A DNA stretch of 62,379 nucleotides, taken from positions 1 through 62,379 of the IMG/VR virus record IMGVR_UViG_3300011415_000001; one strand, written 5' to 3'. The position numbers were made by a program, and so were the translations under genes. The notes under the pieces are model-generated. The model had not been told where the DNA came from and made no database searches. It saw only the letters and a program-made list of their open reading frames with translations. Source of the DNA: a virus (lineage: Duplodnaviria > Caudoviricetes). Of the stretch, positions 15,877 through 25,700 are shown piece by piece; position 1 is the stretch's first letter, and each line of letters opens with the position of its first letter.

Positions 15877-15992
15877 CACGCAACCCCACTCCATGCCGGC
15901 ACAAGGCGCCGCATTCCACCCCGAATCCCTAGCCCACAGCCGAGTAGGGTAGAATCGCCCTCCCCGTCCAATGCCATCCCAGGAGCGATCAA

Positions 15993-16727
15993 GTGAACTT
16001 CCGAACCGCCTCTCTCGTCACCGCCCTCGTCGCATCTCTCGTCGCGAACCTGCGCTCGCCGGCCCCACAGATCGGCGGGGACGTTCGCGAGTTTCTCTCG
16101 CACGTGCGCATGGTCGACATGCCGGACGGCTACGGGGGAATGGTCCGCACCGTGCGCATCGAAGGGCTGAACGTGCAGATCGTCAACGGCCTCGGGCGCA
16201 CCGAGGGAGTGAACGCGAGCGGGAATCTGATCATCGGCTACGCCGAGAACCCGCTGAACAATCCGCCGATGCGCGTTGGCTCGCACAACTTGATCGTCGG
16301 GCCGGGACACAACTACGGGCCGGCCGCGTACGGAGGCGTCATCTTCGGCGTCGAGAACACGCTGCTTGGCCCTTCCGGCTCGGTCACGGGCGGGCACCTG
16401 AATCGGGCGGCATGCCACTACTCCTCGATCACTGGCGGCAGCGAGAACGCCACGGCCGCGAACGGCGCCGTCGTGAGCGGCGGGCACGGCAACACAGCAA
16501 TCGGCGGGGACACGTGGGTCGGCGGCGGCGAACACAATGTCGCGGCCGGCGCTAGCTCCGCAATCGTTGGCGGAGCGAACAACCGCGCGGACGGCCCCCT
16601 CTCCACGGTCAGTGGAGGAACTGCGAATGACGCCACCGGCTCCGGTTCTAGCGTAAGTGGTGGCTTCAACCGCAGCGCGATCAGCTTCGATGACTGGGTC
16701 GCCGGATCGCTCTTCGAGGATCAGTGA
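15993..16727 (+). CDS. Secreted protein with SxSGGxxNxAxG beta-roll repeats (inverted moron)
   Basis: Signal-peptide-like N-terminus; NVQIVNGLG...GNLIIGY...GSHNLIVG; about 7 tandem 14-aa repeats; RBS AGGAG. Confidence 0.75.
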   Translation: MNFRTASLVTALVASLVANLRSPAPQIGGDVREFLSHVRMVDMPDGYGGMVRTVRIEGLNVQIVNGLGRTEGVNASGNLIIGYAENPLNNPPMRVGSHNLIVGPGHNYGPAAYGGVIFGVENTLLGPSGSVTGGHLNRAACHYSSITGGSENATAANGAVVSGGHGNTAIGGDTWVGGGEHNVAAGASSAIVGGANNRADGPLSTVSGGTANDATGSGSSVSGGFNRSAISFDDWVAGSLFEDQ

Positions 16728-16738
16728 GCGGAGTTTCA

Positions 16739-17440
16739 TCAGCGGGAGAACTGCACGTAGAAGTCGATTGCCGACGTCTCGGCCGTGTGCACCCAGAGCG
16801 TCGGCGGATCTCCCGCGTCCCACTCGTAGTACACGGGGAAACCGAGAACGGCGTGCAGGCCGCCATCCGCGGCGGTCGAGCTCGGGGATGCGCGCAGCAG
16901 TTTCGTGGGCGTGGCAGCCACGCTTTCCACGTTCGGATTGATGATCCAGAGCTGTGTTGCGCCCTGTGGGATCAGCACGTCAGGATCAGCTCCGGCCGCG
17001 AGCGTCGCCCCGGCCCACGAGGCATTCGACAAGTCATCCGCAACCTGGATGAGATTCCCATCGGCGCCGCCGCGGCGGGCTGTAGCCGTCATGACGCCCG
17101 CCACATTGGAGCCAACGACGTCCTCGTTTCGCCTGGTCGAGAGCGAGAACGTGGTTAGTCCGGCGGTCTGGTTCAGGGCATCCTTTGTGTTCGTCCCCAT
17201 CGCCGTCACGTCCGCCCCGATCTTGATCTGGTTCGGGATGCTGTTCGTGATCGTGTCCTTGTACGTGTAGACCCGCGTGCCGCTCGGGCCGATGACCGTC
17301 ATGGTCTGCCCGTCCGTCGGCAGTCCGGTGAACGTCAGATCGCGCGCGGCAGCCGCCCCAGCGGAGGCAGGACCGATCTTTTTCGGCCCCGTGTTGATCA
17401 CGGTGTAATTGTCGATCGCGGGCCTCGAGATCCTGACCAT
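16739..17440 (-). CDS. Probable virion structural/decoration protein
   Basis: Insert LTFTGLPTDGQTMTV...IKIGA...TATARRGGADGN...LAAGAD resembles a beta domain common in phage tail proteins. Confidence 0.6.
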   Translation of the reverse strand: MVRISRPAIDNYTVINTGPKKIGPASAGAAAARDLTFTGLPTDGQTMTVIGPSGTRVYTYKDTITNSIPNQIKIGADVTAMGTNTKDALNQTAGLTTFSLSTRRNEDVVGSNVAGVMTATARRGGADGNLIQVADDLSNASWAGATLAAGADPDVLIPQGATQLWIINPNVESVAATPTKLLRASPSSTAADGGLHAVLGFPVYYEWDAGDPPTLWVHTAETSAIDFYVQFSR

Positions 17441-18675
17441 CAGAAGGCCTCCGCGTTGTTGAAAGCAATCGCGTTGTAGTCGGCAGGGTCCTTGTTCTCG
17501 TCGTGGTCAGCAATGCACCCGGAACGCAGGACCGAGCCGGACGAATCGGTGATGAGCTCGTTGTTGTACTCGCCCGTGCTTCCGTTCCACTTCCGCGCAC
17601 CGATGCGACAGTTTCGGATCCGGTTGTTGATGACACTGCTCGGGAGCGTCGTGCCCCACTGGAATGTCGTATTGCCACCGAGGACCCAGCAGCTACGGAT
17701 GAGGAAGTTCTCGATCAGTCCATGATCCGGCGTGCCGTCTATCTGGAAGCAGGCGTTGTATCCGTACCCAGCCGGCTTAGCCGAGTAGGCCAGATTGAAG
17801 AAGCAGCGATAGGCGTCGAAGTTGCGCAGGATCCACGCGCTCTGCTTCTGCGTGGCGTCGCCGTGGACGCCGCTCTGGTACTGCCCGTTCGCGCCGATTT
17901 TTTCGATGTAGCAGGACTCAAGGCGGATACCCCGGCCGTTCAGCGTCAGGAAGTCCGCGCCAACGTCATGGATATGGCAACGCAGGAAATAGACGTCTTT
18001 GAAGTAATCGCCGTAGTTCAGGAACACCTCGTACGAGAGCGAGAAGTGCCCGAGTGCGCCATCGTTTCCAAGCTCGCAGTCGATGAAGGCGAGACCGCTC
18101 CTACCGTTGTCGAGCTTGACGCTGTAGTCGCCGGAGACCGTGCGCTTGAACCAACAGTGATCGAGCGTGACGTCGTCCGCCTTGATCGTGGTCTGTCCGT
18201 CGAAGATCAGACCGTAGTAGGTGCCGGACGAAGTAATGTTGCCGGTCCAGGTCTGCGTGGCAAACCCATGGTGCCCTGTGTTCGTTGCGCTCGGCTTCTC
18301 GGCCGCTCGCTCGCACGTGAGCGTATGCACGTTCGTCACGCCTATGTTCGTGTACCCGTTGTCGACGAGCGTGATGACATAGGTTTCGCTCGTGTCGAGG
18401 TTCTCGTTCACGAGGATCGGAACGGAGAACGTCGTGGCACCGGCCTGGACGATGAACTCGTTACTGGCGTCGAGGTCGCGGATAATCCAGTCGAAGTCGT
18501 AGCGCCCCGTCCCGCCGGTCGAGACGCGAATGGGGAACGCCGTGGTCGCGGCCGGCGTGATGGTCCCGGTGACCTCTGTGTAGAGCCCGACGTCATCCTT
18601 GATTGTCGCCGCTGCGGACGAGAATGCGATCGTGGGCGTCGGCGTGATCTTGGTCGGCCAGATCGGTAGAGCCAT
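17440..18675 (-). CDS. Calx-beta/Ig-like domain plus right-handed beta-helix (putative tailspike depolymerase)
   Basis: PTIAFSSAA...AGATTFSVPILVN...ETYVITL, then PSATNTG, VTLDHC, HGDATQ, CWVLGG. Confidence 0.7.
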   Translation of the reverse strand: MALPIWPTKITPTPTIAFSSAAATIKDDVGLYTEVTGTITPAATTAFPIRVSTGGTGRYDFDWIIRDLDASNEFIVQAGATTFSVPILVNENLDTSETYVITLVDNGYTNIGVTNVHTLTCERAAEKPSATNTGHHGFATQTWTGNITSSGTYYGLIFDGQTTIKADDVTLDHCWFKRTVSGDYSVKLDNGRSGLAFIDCELGNDGALGHFSLSYEVFLNYGDYFKDVYFLRCHIHDVGADFLTLNGRGIRLESCYIEKIGANGQYQSGVHGDATQKQSAWILRNFDAYRCFFNLAYSAKPAGYGYNACFQIDGTPDHGLIENFLIRSCWVLGGNTTFQWGTTLPSSVINNRIRNCRIGARKWNGSTGEYNNELITDSSGSVLRSGCIADHDENKDPADYNAIAFNNAEAF

Positions 18676-18679
18676 CGCA

Positions 18680-18922
18680 TCAGCCTCCCGCGCCCGTCAG
18701 CGCATCGAGCAGGGCAATCAGTGCGTCCGCGGCGATCGGCACGGATGACGTGGATCCGCGCGTGATCGTCGCCACCGTGGACCAAGACGGTTCGCCGACG
18801 CCGTCCGTCCCGGCCTTCTCGATCACGTAGCCAGTTCCATCGGACTTGACGAGCAGGCGGTGATTCGTGATCGCCACGCCCGCGGTCACAGAGTAATTCT
18901 GAACGAGTGCGGCTTGGGGCAT
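18680..18922 (-). CDS. Small hypothetical protein, possibly structural
   Basis: Start overlaps the sulfatase stop (TGATG). Confidence 0.6.
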   Translation of the reverse strand: MPQAALVQNYSVTAGVAITNHRLLVKSDGTGYVIEKAGTDGVGEPSWSTVATITRGSTSSVPIAADALIALLDALTGAGG

Positions 18923-20694
18923 CAGGCGAACTCCGCGAGAAGGGCGTCCATGTCGGCGCGAACGATCGCGAGCTGACCCGAGAAGTTCGAGTCGGCGATG
19001 ATGTTCGTCTGCTGGTCCCAGTCGGACGATGCGGGTGAGCCGGCCGATGTGCCGATCCGGTAGAACTCCTCGGTCGTCAGCTTCGTCGTCGAGCTGTAGA
19101 TGCGGAGCAGCGAGTAGAGCCCAGCGGCATTTCCCGTGTACCCGTCGCCCGAGCGGATGTAGCGGTGGAACGCGCGCTCGCGGCGCACCTCGGATGCGAG
19201 AAGCCCCTGGCTATCGACGTCGTCGGGATCGCCGTTCGGCTTGAAGTACTCGACGAGGCAGTGTTTCTTCGTGTGCGCGTCGATCCCGTGGTTCGAGTTC
19301 TGCAGCGCGGGCAGGATCGACGTGCCATCCGTTGGCTGCGAGCCGCCCACCTGCGAATAGGGCACGTGCATGATGTTCCGGAACGTCTCGAAGAGATCGA
19401 CGTGGATGTCGACCGGGATCGGCGACGTGCGCGGGAGCGTGCCGGCGCAGGCGGGGCCCTGCACCCAGAGCGGAACCCACGAGCCGAGGTTGTAGACCGT
19501 GCCTTTCGACTTGTCGACGAGGTTCCCGAAGTCGCCGATCGTCGGGTTTCCGACGTCATCGTACAGTGCCTTGACGCCTTTCAGGATGCCGATCTCCGTC
19601 CCGTTGTCGGAGGTGACGAAGATGTTCGTCCGCGACTTGATCGAGGCGGTGATCCCGTTCACGAGGTTGCCGAATTCGACGTCGACTGCCTCGCGCATCG
19701 AGCCGTAGTACGCCCACGCCTGGACGGCGGAGTTCGCGTGCCCGTACTGGTTCGTGTAGACCGAGCGGACCGTGTAGCCAGCGAGCGCGGCATCGTGAAA
19801 TGGCGCGTGTGGCAGGTTGAATGCGACGACACAGACCCAGGGCTGGTTCGCCGGATCGTTCATCCATTCGAGAGCCTTCTGGACCTTCACCTTGTCGAGG
19901 TACTGCGCGGCGCCGTTGTAGAGCGTCGAGGCCGCGTCCCCCTTCGCGCGCGCGTAGTACCCGCCGTTGTTTCCCTGCGCGGTCGCGACGCCGTAGCTAC
20001 CGTACGGGCTCACTCCGTTGTAGGGCTGCGGCTTCGTGCCGGCGTTCTTGAGAATCGCCCACCAATGGGTCCACTTGCCGACGCTGTCGAGGTGCGACCA
20101 TCCGGATGCTGGGATCGCTGTGCCGCCCGGAGTCGTCGTGTTCTCGACCGTGTTCAGCGGATCGACCGTCGCATCTGTTCCACCCCAGAGATCGAGGTGC
20201 CACTTGCCGAAGAAGCCCGACTGGTAGCCCGCCGCCGCCGCGATCTCGGCCAAGACGTACTCACGCCGCTGGACATAGCCGGCCGCCCCCGGGGCCGCGA
20301 CGTCGACGCCGAACTCGCCGAGCGCGTTGCCGACCCCGCCGACACCACGGTCGAGAGCGATGATCGAGCCTACGCCTGTGCGCGATGCGTAGCGGCCCGA
20401 GTACATGCCCGCACGCGTCGGCGAGCAAACTGGGTTTGAGCGCGCCTGATAGAACTGGACGGTCGCGCCGTTGTGGAACGCATCGAGATTCGGCGTGTTC
20501 GCGTAGACGCCCTTGTTGAAGAGATCCGTCTCGGTCCCGACGTAGCCTTCCGCTCCGAAGATCGAGTCGTATTTCCGGCACTGATCGACGCCCATGTCGT
20601 CGAAGTAGCAGAGCAGGATGTTGTCTTTGCGCTGTTCGATATCGACCGTCACCTTGACGCTCGGAGTCGCGGCGTTCGTGCTGACTTCGACCAT
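18922..20694 (-). CDS. Type I (formylglycine-dependent) sulfatase
   Basis: NILLCYFDDMG, TPNLD, CSPTRAGMYSGRY (CxPxR), FFGKWHL, PHAPF, SDNG, KSKGTVY..GSWVPL; no signal peptide. Confidence 0.92.
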   Translation of the reverse strand: MVEVSTNAATPSVKVTVDIEQRKDNILLCYFDDMGVDQCRKYDSIFGAEGYVGTETDLFNKGVYANTPNLDAFHNGATVQFYQARSNPVCSPTRAGMYSGRYASRTGVGSIIALDRGVGGVGNALGEFGVDVAAPGAAGYVQRREYVLAEIAAAAGYQSGFFGKWHLDLWGGTDATVDPLNTVENTTTPGGTAIPASGWSHLDSVGKWTHWWAILKNAGTKPQPYNGVSPYGSYGVATAQGNNGGYYARAKGDAASTLYNGAAQYLDKVKVQKALEWMNDPANQPWVCVVAFNLPHAPFHDAALAGYTVRSVYTNQYGHANSAVQAWAYYGSMREAVDVEFGNLVNGITASIKSRTNIFVTSDNGTEIGILKGVKALYDDVGNPTIGDFGNLVDKSKGTVYNLGSWVPLWVQGPACAGTLPRTSPIPVDIHVDLFETFRNIMHVPYSQVGGSQPTDGTSILPALQNSNHGIDAHTKKHCLVEYFKPNGDPDDVDSQGLLASEVRRERAFHRYIRSGDGYTGNAAGLYSLLRIYSSTTKLTTEEFYRIGTSAGSPASSDWDQQTNIIADSNFSGQLAIVRADMDALLAEFA

Positions 20695-20697
20695 GGA

Positions 20698-21153
20698 CTA
20701 GATGCCCCTCGTGACCTGGGTGTTCACATCGAAGTTTCCTTCGACGAGCGCGAGGATGTAGTCCTTCGCGACCGTGATCTTGCCGACGCCCACCATGTCC
20801 CAGACGCCCGATGGAATCGCTGGAGTGGCGCCCTGAGTCTTCAGACCGGTCTCGGCCGCGGAGATCGTGAGGACCACTCGGCCAAGGGTCGCCGGCTGGG
20901 TAATCGTGACGCCTGTCCCGGGGAAAACGGCGCCCGCCACAGAGGGGTCCTTGCAATCGAAGAGCGGCGGGTCGGCCGACGCGATCGTCTGCCGGAACAT
21001 CGCGCGCATCCCCTGGGCGAGCGCGTTCGTCACGGGATCGAAGGGTGAGAGGTCGATCGGATCGCCCGCGGCATCGACCATGTCGATGGTGATCGTGAAC
21101 GTGGTGTAGGCGACGATCGCGCGCGTGCCCGTCAGGTTGAGCGATCCCGGCAT
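20698..21153 (-). CDS. BppU-like baseplate/fibre adaptor
   Basis: TFTITIDMVDAAGDPIDLS...G.VVLTISAAET...VWDM...LVEGNFDVNTQVTR. Confidence 0.65.
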   Translation of the reverse strand: MPGSLNLTGTRAIVAYTTFTITIDMVDAAGDPIDLSPFDPVTNALAQGMRAMFRQTIASADPPLFDCKDPSVAGAVFPGTGVTITQPATLGRVVLTISAAETGLKTQGATPAIPSGVWDMVGVGKITVAKDYILALVEGNFDVNTQVTRGI

Positions 21154-21218
21154 CGACTACGAATCCCTCCCCGGTCGAGCCTCGCCGAGCGATGGGCCCG
21201 CGAGCGAGCCCGGGCCCC

Positions 21219-21241
21219 GATGTTTACCGTCGTGGATGGCG
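21219..21241. promoter_or_regulatory. 23-bp motif, copy 1 (GATGTTTACCGTCGTGGATGGCG)
   Basis: 21/23 identical to 45756-45778; both copies intergenic and upstream of late structural units. Confidence 0.6.
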
Positions 21242-21243
21242 GT

Positions 21244-22323
21244 CTAGGCGTTCGAGAGCCCGACGATCAGGATGCTCGTGCCTGCGGCCACGGTCGCCAC
21301 GGTCGCCGCGCCAGAGCGAATCTGGCCGGTCAGCTTGTACTTGTAAGAGGCACCCGGCGAGGCGAGGAAAAAGCCGTTGACCGTGTTGCGATCGAGGCTC
21401 GTGTTGCTCGCATCGACGCAGCATTCCTTGCGGCTCCCCGTGAGCACTGCGAAGGTCCCCGTATTCGGATCCTGGGTGATCTCGACGCTCACCTGAGCCT
21501 GCCCGCTGACAGTCGCGTTCAGTTGGACCGAGTAGAAAACGAGCATCGCCACCTGTGCATTCGCGACGGTGATCACGTTCGAGGCGAGCGAGAACGTGCT
21601 CGAAGCTAGGACCGTCGTGCCGAGGAGGAGGTCCGTGTCCGATCCTGAGGCGAGCGTGACCGCGCCGCCGTAGTACATGGCGTAGTGGACGCCGAGGCCT
21701 GTGATCAGGTTCGCGATCGACTGGAGCGCAGTCAGCTCAGCGATGTCCGCTCCGGCACCGACCGATCCGAGGAAGCGATTCGCCGCCGCGACGTTCTGGA
21801 GCTTCCCGTATGGGATCGCGTCGTTTGCGAATGCCGTCGATGAGAGCTGAGCTCCGCCGTTCGAGTTCGAGTGGTCGTGGTTCGCGTTCGAGAAGCTGCC
21901 GATGATCGGCGTCGATAGTGTCTTCGCGCTCAGTGTCTCAGGGCGCGTCAGAGTGGCAATCCTGTAGCGCGTCGCCCCGGGCGTGATGAAGAAGTCGGTG
22001 CCATCGAACTCGATCGCCCCGGCCTCGGGAGTCGTGAGGCTCGTTCCGGACGCGAACTTGAGCGGCGCCTCACCGGCACCGGCGGACCCTGCCCGAAGAG
22101 ATATCTTCTTGTTCGAAAGGTCCTGCGAATCGCCTGTGCCAACGATGGCGCCTGAAACTCCGTGTGTCGACGTGTCCGCTTCGTGACTGGCAAGGTTCGC
22201 AACGCCAGTGACGAGCGCCGCGTCGACTTCCTCGAGAACGCTCTGCACGTCGCGTTGGTTGAACGCAGTCCCAGTCTTATCGAAAGGGACGGTTTTCGAA
22301 TCAATGTTGCGTTCGCCACTCAT
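21244..22323 (-). CDS. Tail fibre protein
   Basis: Start MSGERN at 22323; fibre motifs QDLSNKK, EAGAIEFDG, ETLSAKTL, HDHS; beta-rich C1q-like C-terminus. Confidence 0.7.
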   Translation of the reverse strand: MSGERNIDSKTVPFDKTGTAFNQRDVQSVLEEVDAALVTGVANLASHEADTSTHGVSGAIVGTGDSQDLSNKKISLRAGSAGAGEAPLKFASGTSLTTPEAGAIEFDGTDFFITPGATRYRIATLTRPETLSAKTLSTPIIGSFSNANHDHSNSNGGAQLSSTAFANDAIPYGKLQNVAAANRFLGSVGAGADIAELTALQSIANLITGLGVHYAMYYGGAVTLASGSDTDLLLGTTVLASSTFSLASNVITVANAQVAMLVFYSVQLNATVSGQAQVSVEITQDPNTGTFAVLTGSRKECCVDASNTSLDRNTVNGFFLASPGASYKYKLTGQIRSGAATVATVAAGTSILIVGLSNA

Positions 22324-22745
22324 AGCGCTGCCTGCGTCGTGCGCAGGATCCATCCGGTGACCGAGAGGTACTTGGCCGTCGCCGTCGACGTGTCCGCGTA
22401 GGCTGCGACCGTCCAGGTCGTCGCCGCCGTGAAGCGCAGTCGTTCGCCGGCGAGGATCCATACCCAGCTCTTCTCTGGCACCTGGTACTTGACGACCGCG
22501 GCATCGATGTCCGTCGTACCAGTCGTCGTCGCCGGACTGATCGAGACGACTACGTCGTGCCGGTTGACGTCGTTGTTCCAGACCTTCAACCAGATGGTAT
22601 CGAGCTGGTCTGCCGTTGCATCGACGAGGTGGAGTGGCGTCACGTCCGAGGCAATCGTGTAGTCGTTCACGATCTGAATCGGGCGGCCGTTCGTGGCGAA
22701 CGATAGATCGTCAGCCCATACAAGGTCCTGGGGAACCGCTGTCAT
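22320..22745 (-). CDS. Small virion structural protein
   Basis: Beta-rich; coupled between the tail-tip and fibre genes. Confidence 0.6.
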   Translation of the reverse strand: MTAVPQDLVWADDLSFATNGRPIQIVNDYTIASDVTPLHLVDATADQLDTIWLKVWNNDVNRHDVVVSISPATTTGTTDIDAAVVKYQVPEKSWVWILAGERLRFTAATTWTVAAYADTSTATAKYLSVTGWILRTTQAAL

Positions 22746-25700
22746 GCGTACACCTCACCTCGGAGGAAAGTATCGTAGGTCGATCGGCGCGTGAGAGCCG
22801 TGCGTCGTTGGCGCACACGCGTACGGAAACTGTGGATCTTCACCTGGTAGGACGTGTTCGGCCGCGTGACGACGAGTCGGAACTGCGCGGCGGCGATGCT
22901 TACAAGGCCCGGGCGGAAGTCGAGCCATGCGCTCCAGTCTCCCGCCGCTCCGCTCGTGTTCACTCTCACCTGAATCGTGATCGTGCAGTTTGCGATCTCG
23001 CCGGGCAGGAGATGCGTCGGTCCCTCCCACGTCCACCGTAGGTTCTTCTCGTCTCCCCAGCCAAACTCCGCCATGTCCCAGGTCAGCGGGTGGACTTGCT
23101 CGGCGACGACTGCCGCCTCGAGAAAGCTCTCGCGCGGGAGCTGCGTCGCGATCGTCGCGGGGTTGTCGGGATCGCCGATCGTGTAGGTGGCCGTCAGCGC
23201 GGAGCCGGCGAACTCGAGGTAGCCACTCGTCACCTGCAGGTCTGTCACGAACGGATCGCCCGCGGGCGGAACGGCCTGCACCCAGCCGGTGCCGAACGCC
23301 TCCCATGCCTGATCGTTCCAGCGTTGCGAGTGTGCGACTGGGTGCACCGGAGGGGTCGGAGAGAAGGAGAGCGTGACCGCCTCGCTGTACTGCCCGATCT
23401 CGTTTCTGCACCGGAAATAGAGCGTGGGGCTACCGACCGTCGCACCCGACCAATCGCGCGTCGGGCCGAAGGAGAGCGCGCCGCGCTCGGAGAGGAAGAC
23501 GACCGGCGCGAGGATCCAGCCTCCGCGCCGGCACTCCACGCGGTTCCCCTCTTGTCCGGCCGGAAGCGTCCAGGTGTAGACCACCTTGTCGTCGACCATG
23601 TTGGCCGCGAGGTTCGCGGGCGCACCCGGGTAGGCGCCGATGCCGATGAAGGTGTGCCGGCGCTTGGGGCAAGCGATCGGATCGAGGCGCTTGCCAGCGT
23701 GCGATCGCGTCTGGAGCGCGATGAAGAGCCGGTCGCCCGTCTCGACCTCCTGTACCGGGAACTCGGCCTCGGTCGCTGTCCCGTCGATCGCGTAGACCTG
23801 CCTCCAGGTCTGCCCGTCCTTCGAGAGGAAGATCGCGGTCGCGCCGACGTGGGTGAGCGTCGAAAGCTCGTGACTCCAGGAGACGCGGAGCATGGGGGTG
23901 AAGACGCCGCTCCGGTTCCTCACGAGGAAGTCGTCGACGCTCGTGATCGTTGGTTCAAGGGGCAGGATGTCGACGAGCCCGCCGGTTCCTCCGCCGCCCA
24001 CCGTGAGAAGCGTGTCCTGTGTCAGCTCATCGAGCTCGTCGTCGTAGATGATGTCGAGGTACTCGACGAACTCGATCGCGCGCGACTTGTCATCCTCAAG
24101 CGTGATCCGCCCGATCTCGACGTCCAGGTGCTCGCCTTCGACGCAGAGGATGAAGGGCGTCCCCTTCGGGATCGGGTCCGGCGGCTCGTCGCCGGTCACC
24201 ATGTAGATCGAATCGCCTGCGAGGTGCGGACCGACCCCAGTCGTCGGCTCGTGCACGCGCGGCGCGTTGAACGAGTCCGTAGCCTTATCCCACCAGTAGA
24301 GGATGTAGACCTTCGTCCCGTCGATATGGAAGTCACGGTCGGAAACCAGTTGATCCGCCCCCGGCGCATCCGTGAGCGCGCGGCCAGAGACCATTTCGGC
24401 ATAGCGCCGCCCACCCGATTCGACGAGCGTGCGCGGCAGAATGTCGTGGGCGAGCCGGACCACGTCGCCGGGCTCGAAGTGCAGCGCCTCCGGGCCAAGC
24501 CGGAACGAGCCGTGGCGCACGAGGTCCTGGTACATGTTCGTCTGGAAGAGCCCCGCGCGAATAACTTGCCCGCGACTCGTGACGAATGGCATGAACGTGT
24601 GCTCGCGCCGGAGGCTCTCGATCCCCTGATCGTTCCCGACCGATCGATGCACCGCGTCCGCGGTCGAACGCTCGTAGTCGAGCTCGCGGTCGAGGAACCC
24701 AATCTCGAGCGCGTTCGGCGAGCTTTTGCCACCGCGGTATCCGATCTTGAACGAGCCCTTGCCAAGCGAGCCCATGCCTATCGGTGCGAGCGGCGTGCGC
24801 GGGCGCGCGAATTTGAACCGGAGCTTACGGCCATCTCGGATCGGGACGGCTCGGCCCACCTTGGCGGCCTCGATCAGCGCGTCCCACGCCGGCATCTGCG
24901 CATCGAACGCGCCGTTGAACTCGAAGCGCCGCTCGCCGCCTGTCGAGAGCCCAGTCGTTGCCGACCCGAAAACCGTGTCATGCCGCTGCCCGCTCGTCCA
25001 GGGATCGCCATCGGTGAGGAGTCGATCCCAGTAGACCTCGACGATCCAGACGTTACCGAGATTGACGGCCCCGTGCGTGCCGCCGTACATGATCTGCTTG
25101 ATCTCGTAGCCGCCTGAGGTGTTGGAGCCGAACTCGCCCTGATTGATCTCGGGGTTCGCGCCGACCTGCTGGACGCCGTGGAAGCGGACGAAGTCGCCGA
25201 CCTTCCAGTCCGAGGGCGGAGAAACCGTCTGCGGAGAGATGTCGAAGACGATCCAAAGGGATCCGCGCGTGTCGCCGTCGTCGTCCTGCGTGTCGTTGAA
25301 GTAGTAGAGGACTTCCCACTCGCCTCCGATGTCCGGTCCGATCTGGGCCGTGCCGTCGTACACGACCTCATCGCAGTAGTCGGCCCACGCCGCATGCTCC
25401 TCGAGGTCGATGTCTTTGAGCGCGTAGTAGCGGCCGAGGCCGTAGCGCTTGTTCGTCGCGATGTCGAGCGCGACCCATGCCGGATTCGCCGACCAGGCGT
25501 AGTGAAAGGTCGGGAACTCGGTCGAGTCGCGGTTCCAGATGGGAACGACCATGCCCTGTACTTCGCATGTGATGCGCGGGATCGTCGTGTTCAGCGCCTT
25601 CGAGGCCGGGATCTTGAGCGCGAGCAGCGGCTCGTTCGGGTAGGAAAGCAGCTCGTCCAGGATCGAGAAGGCGATGCCCCATTTCGCGTCATCTTGGACG

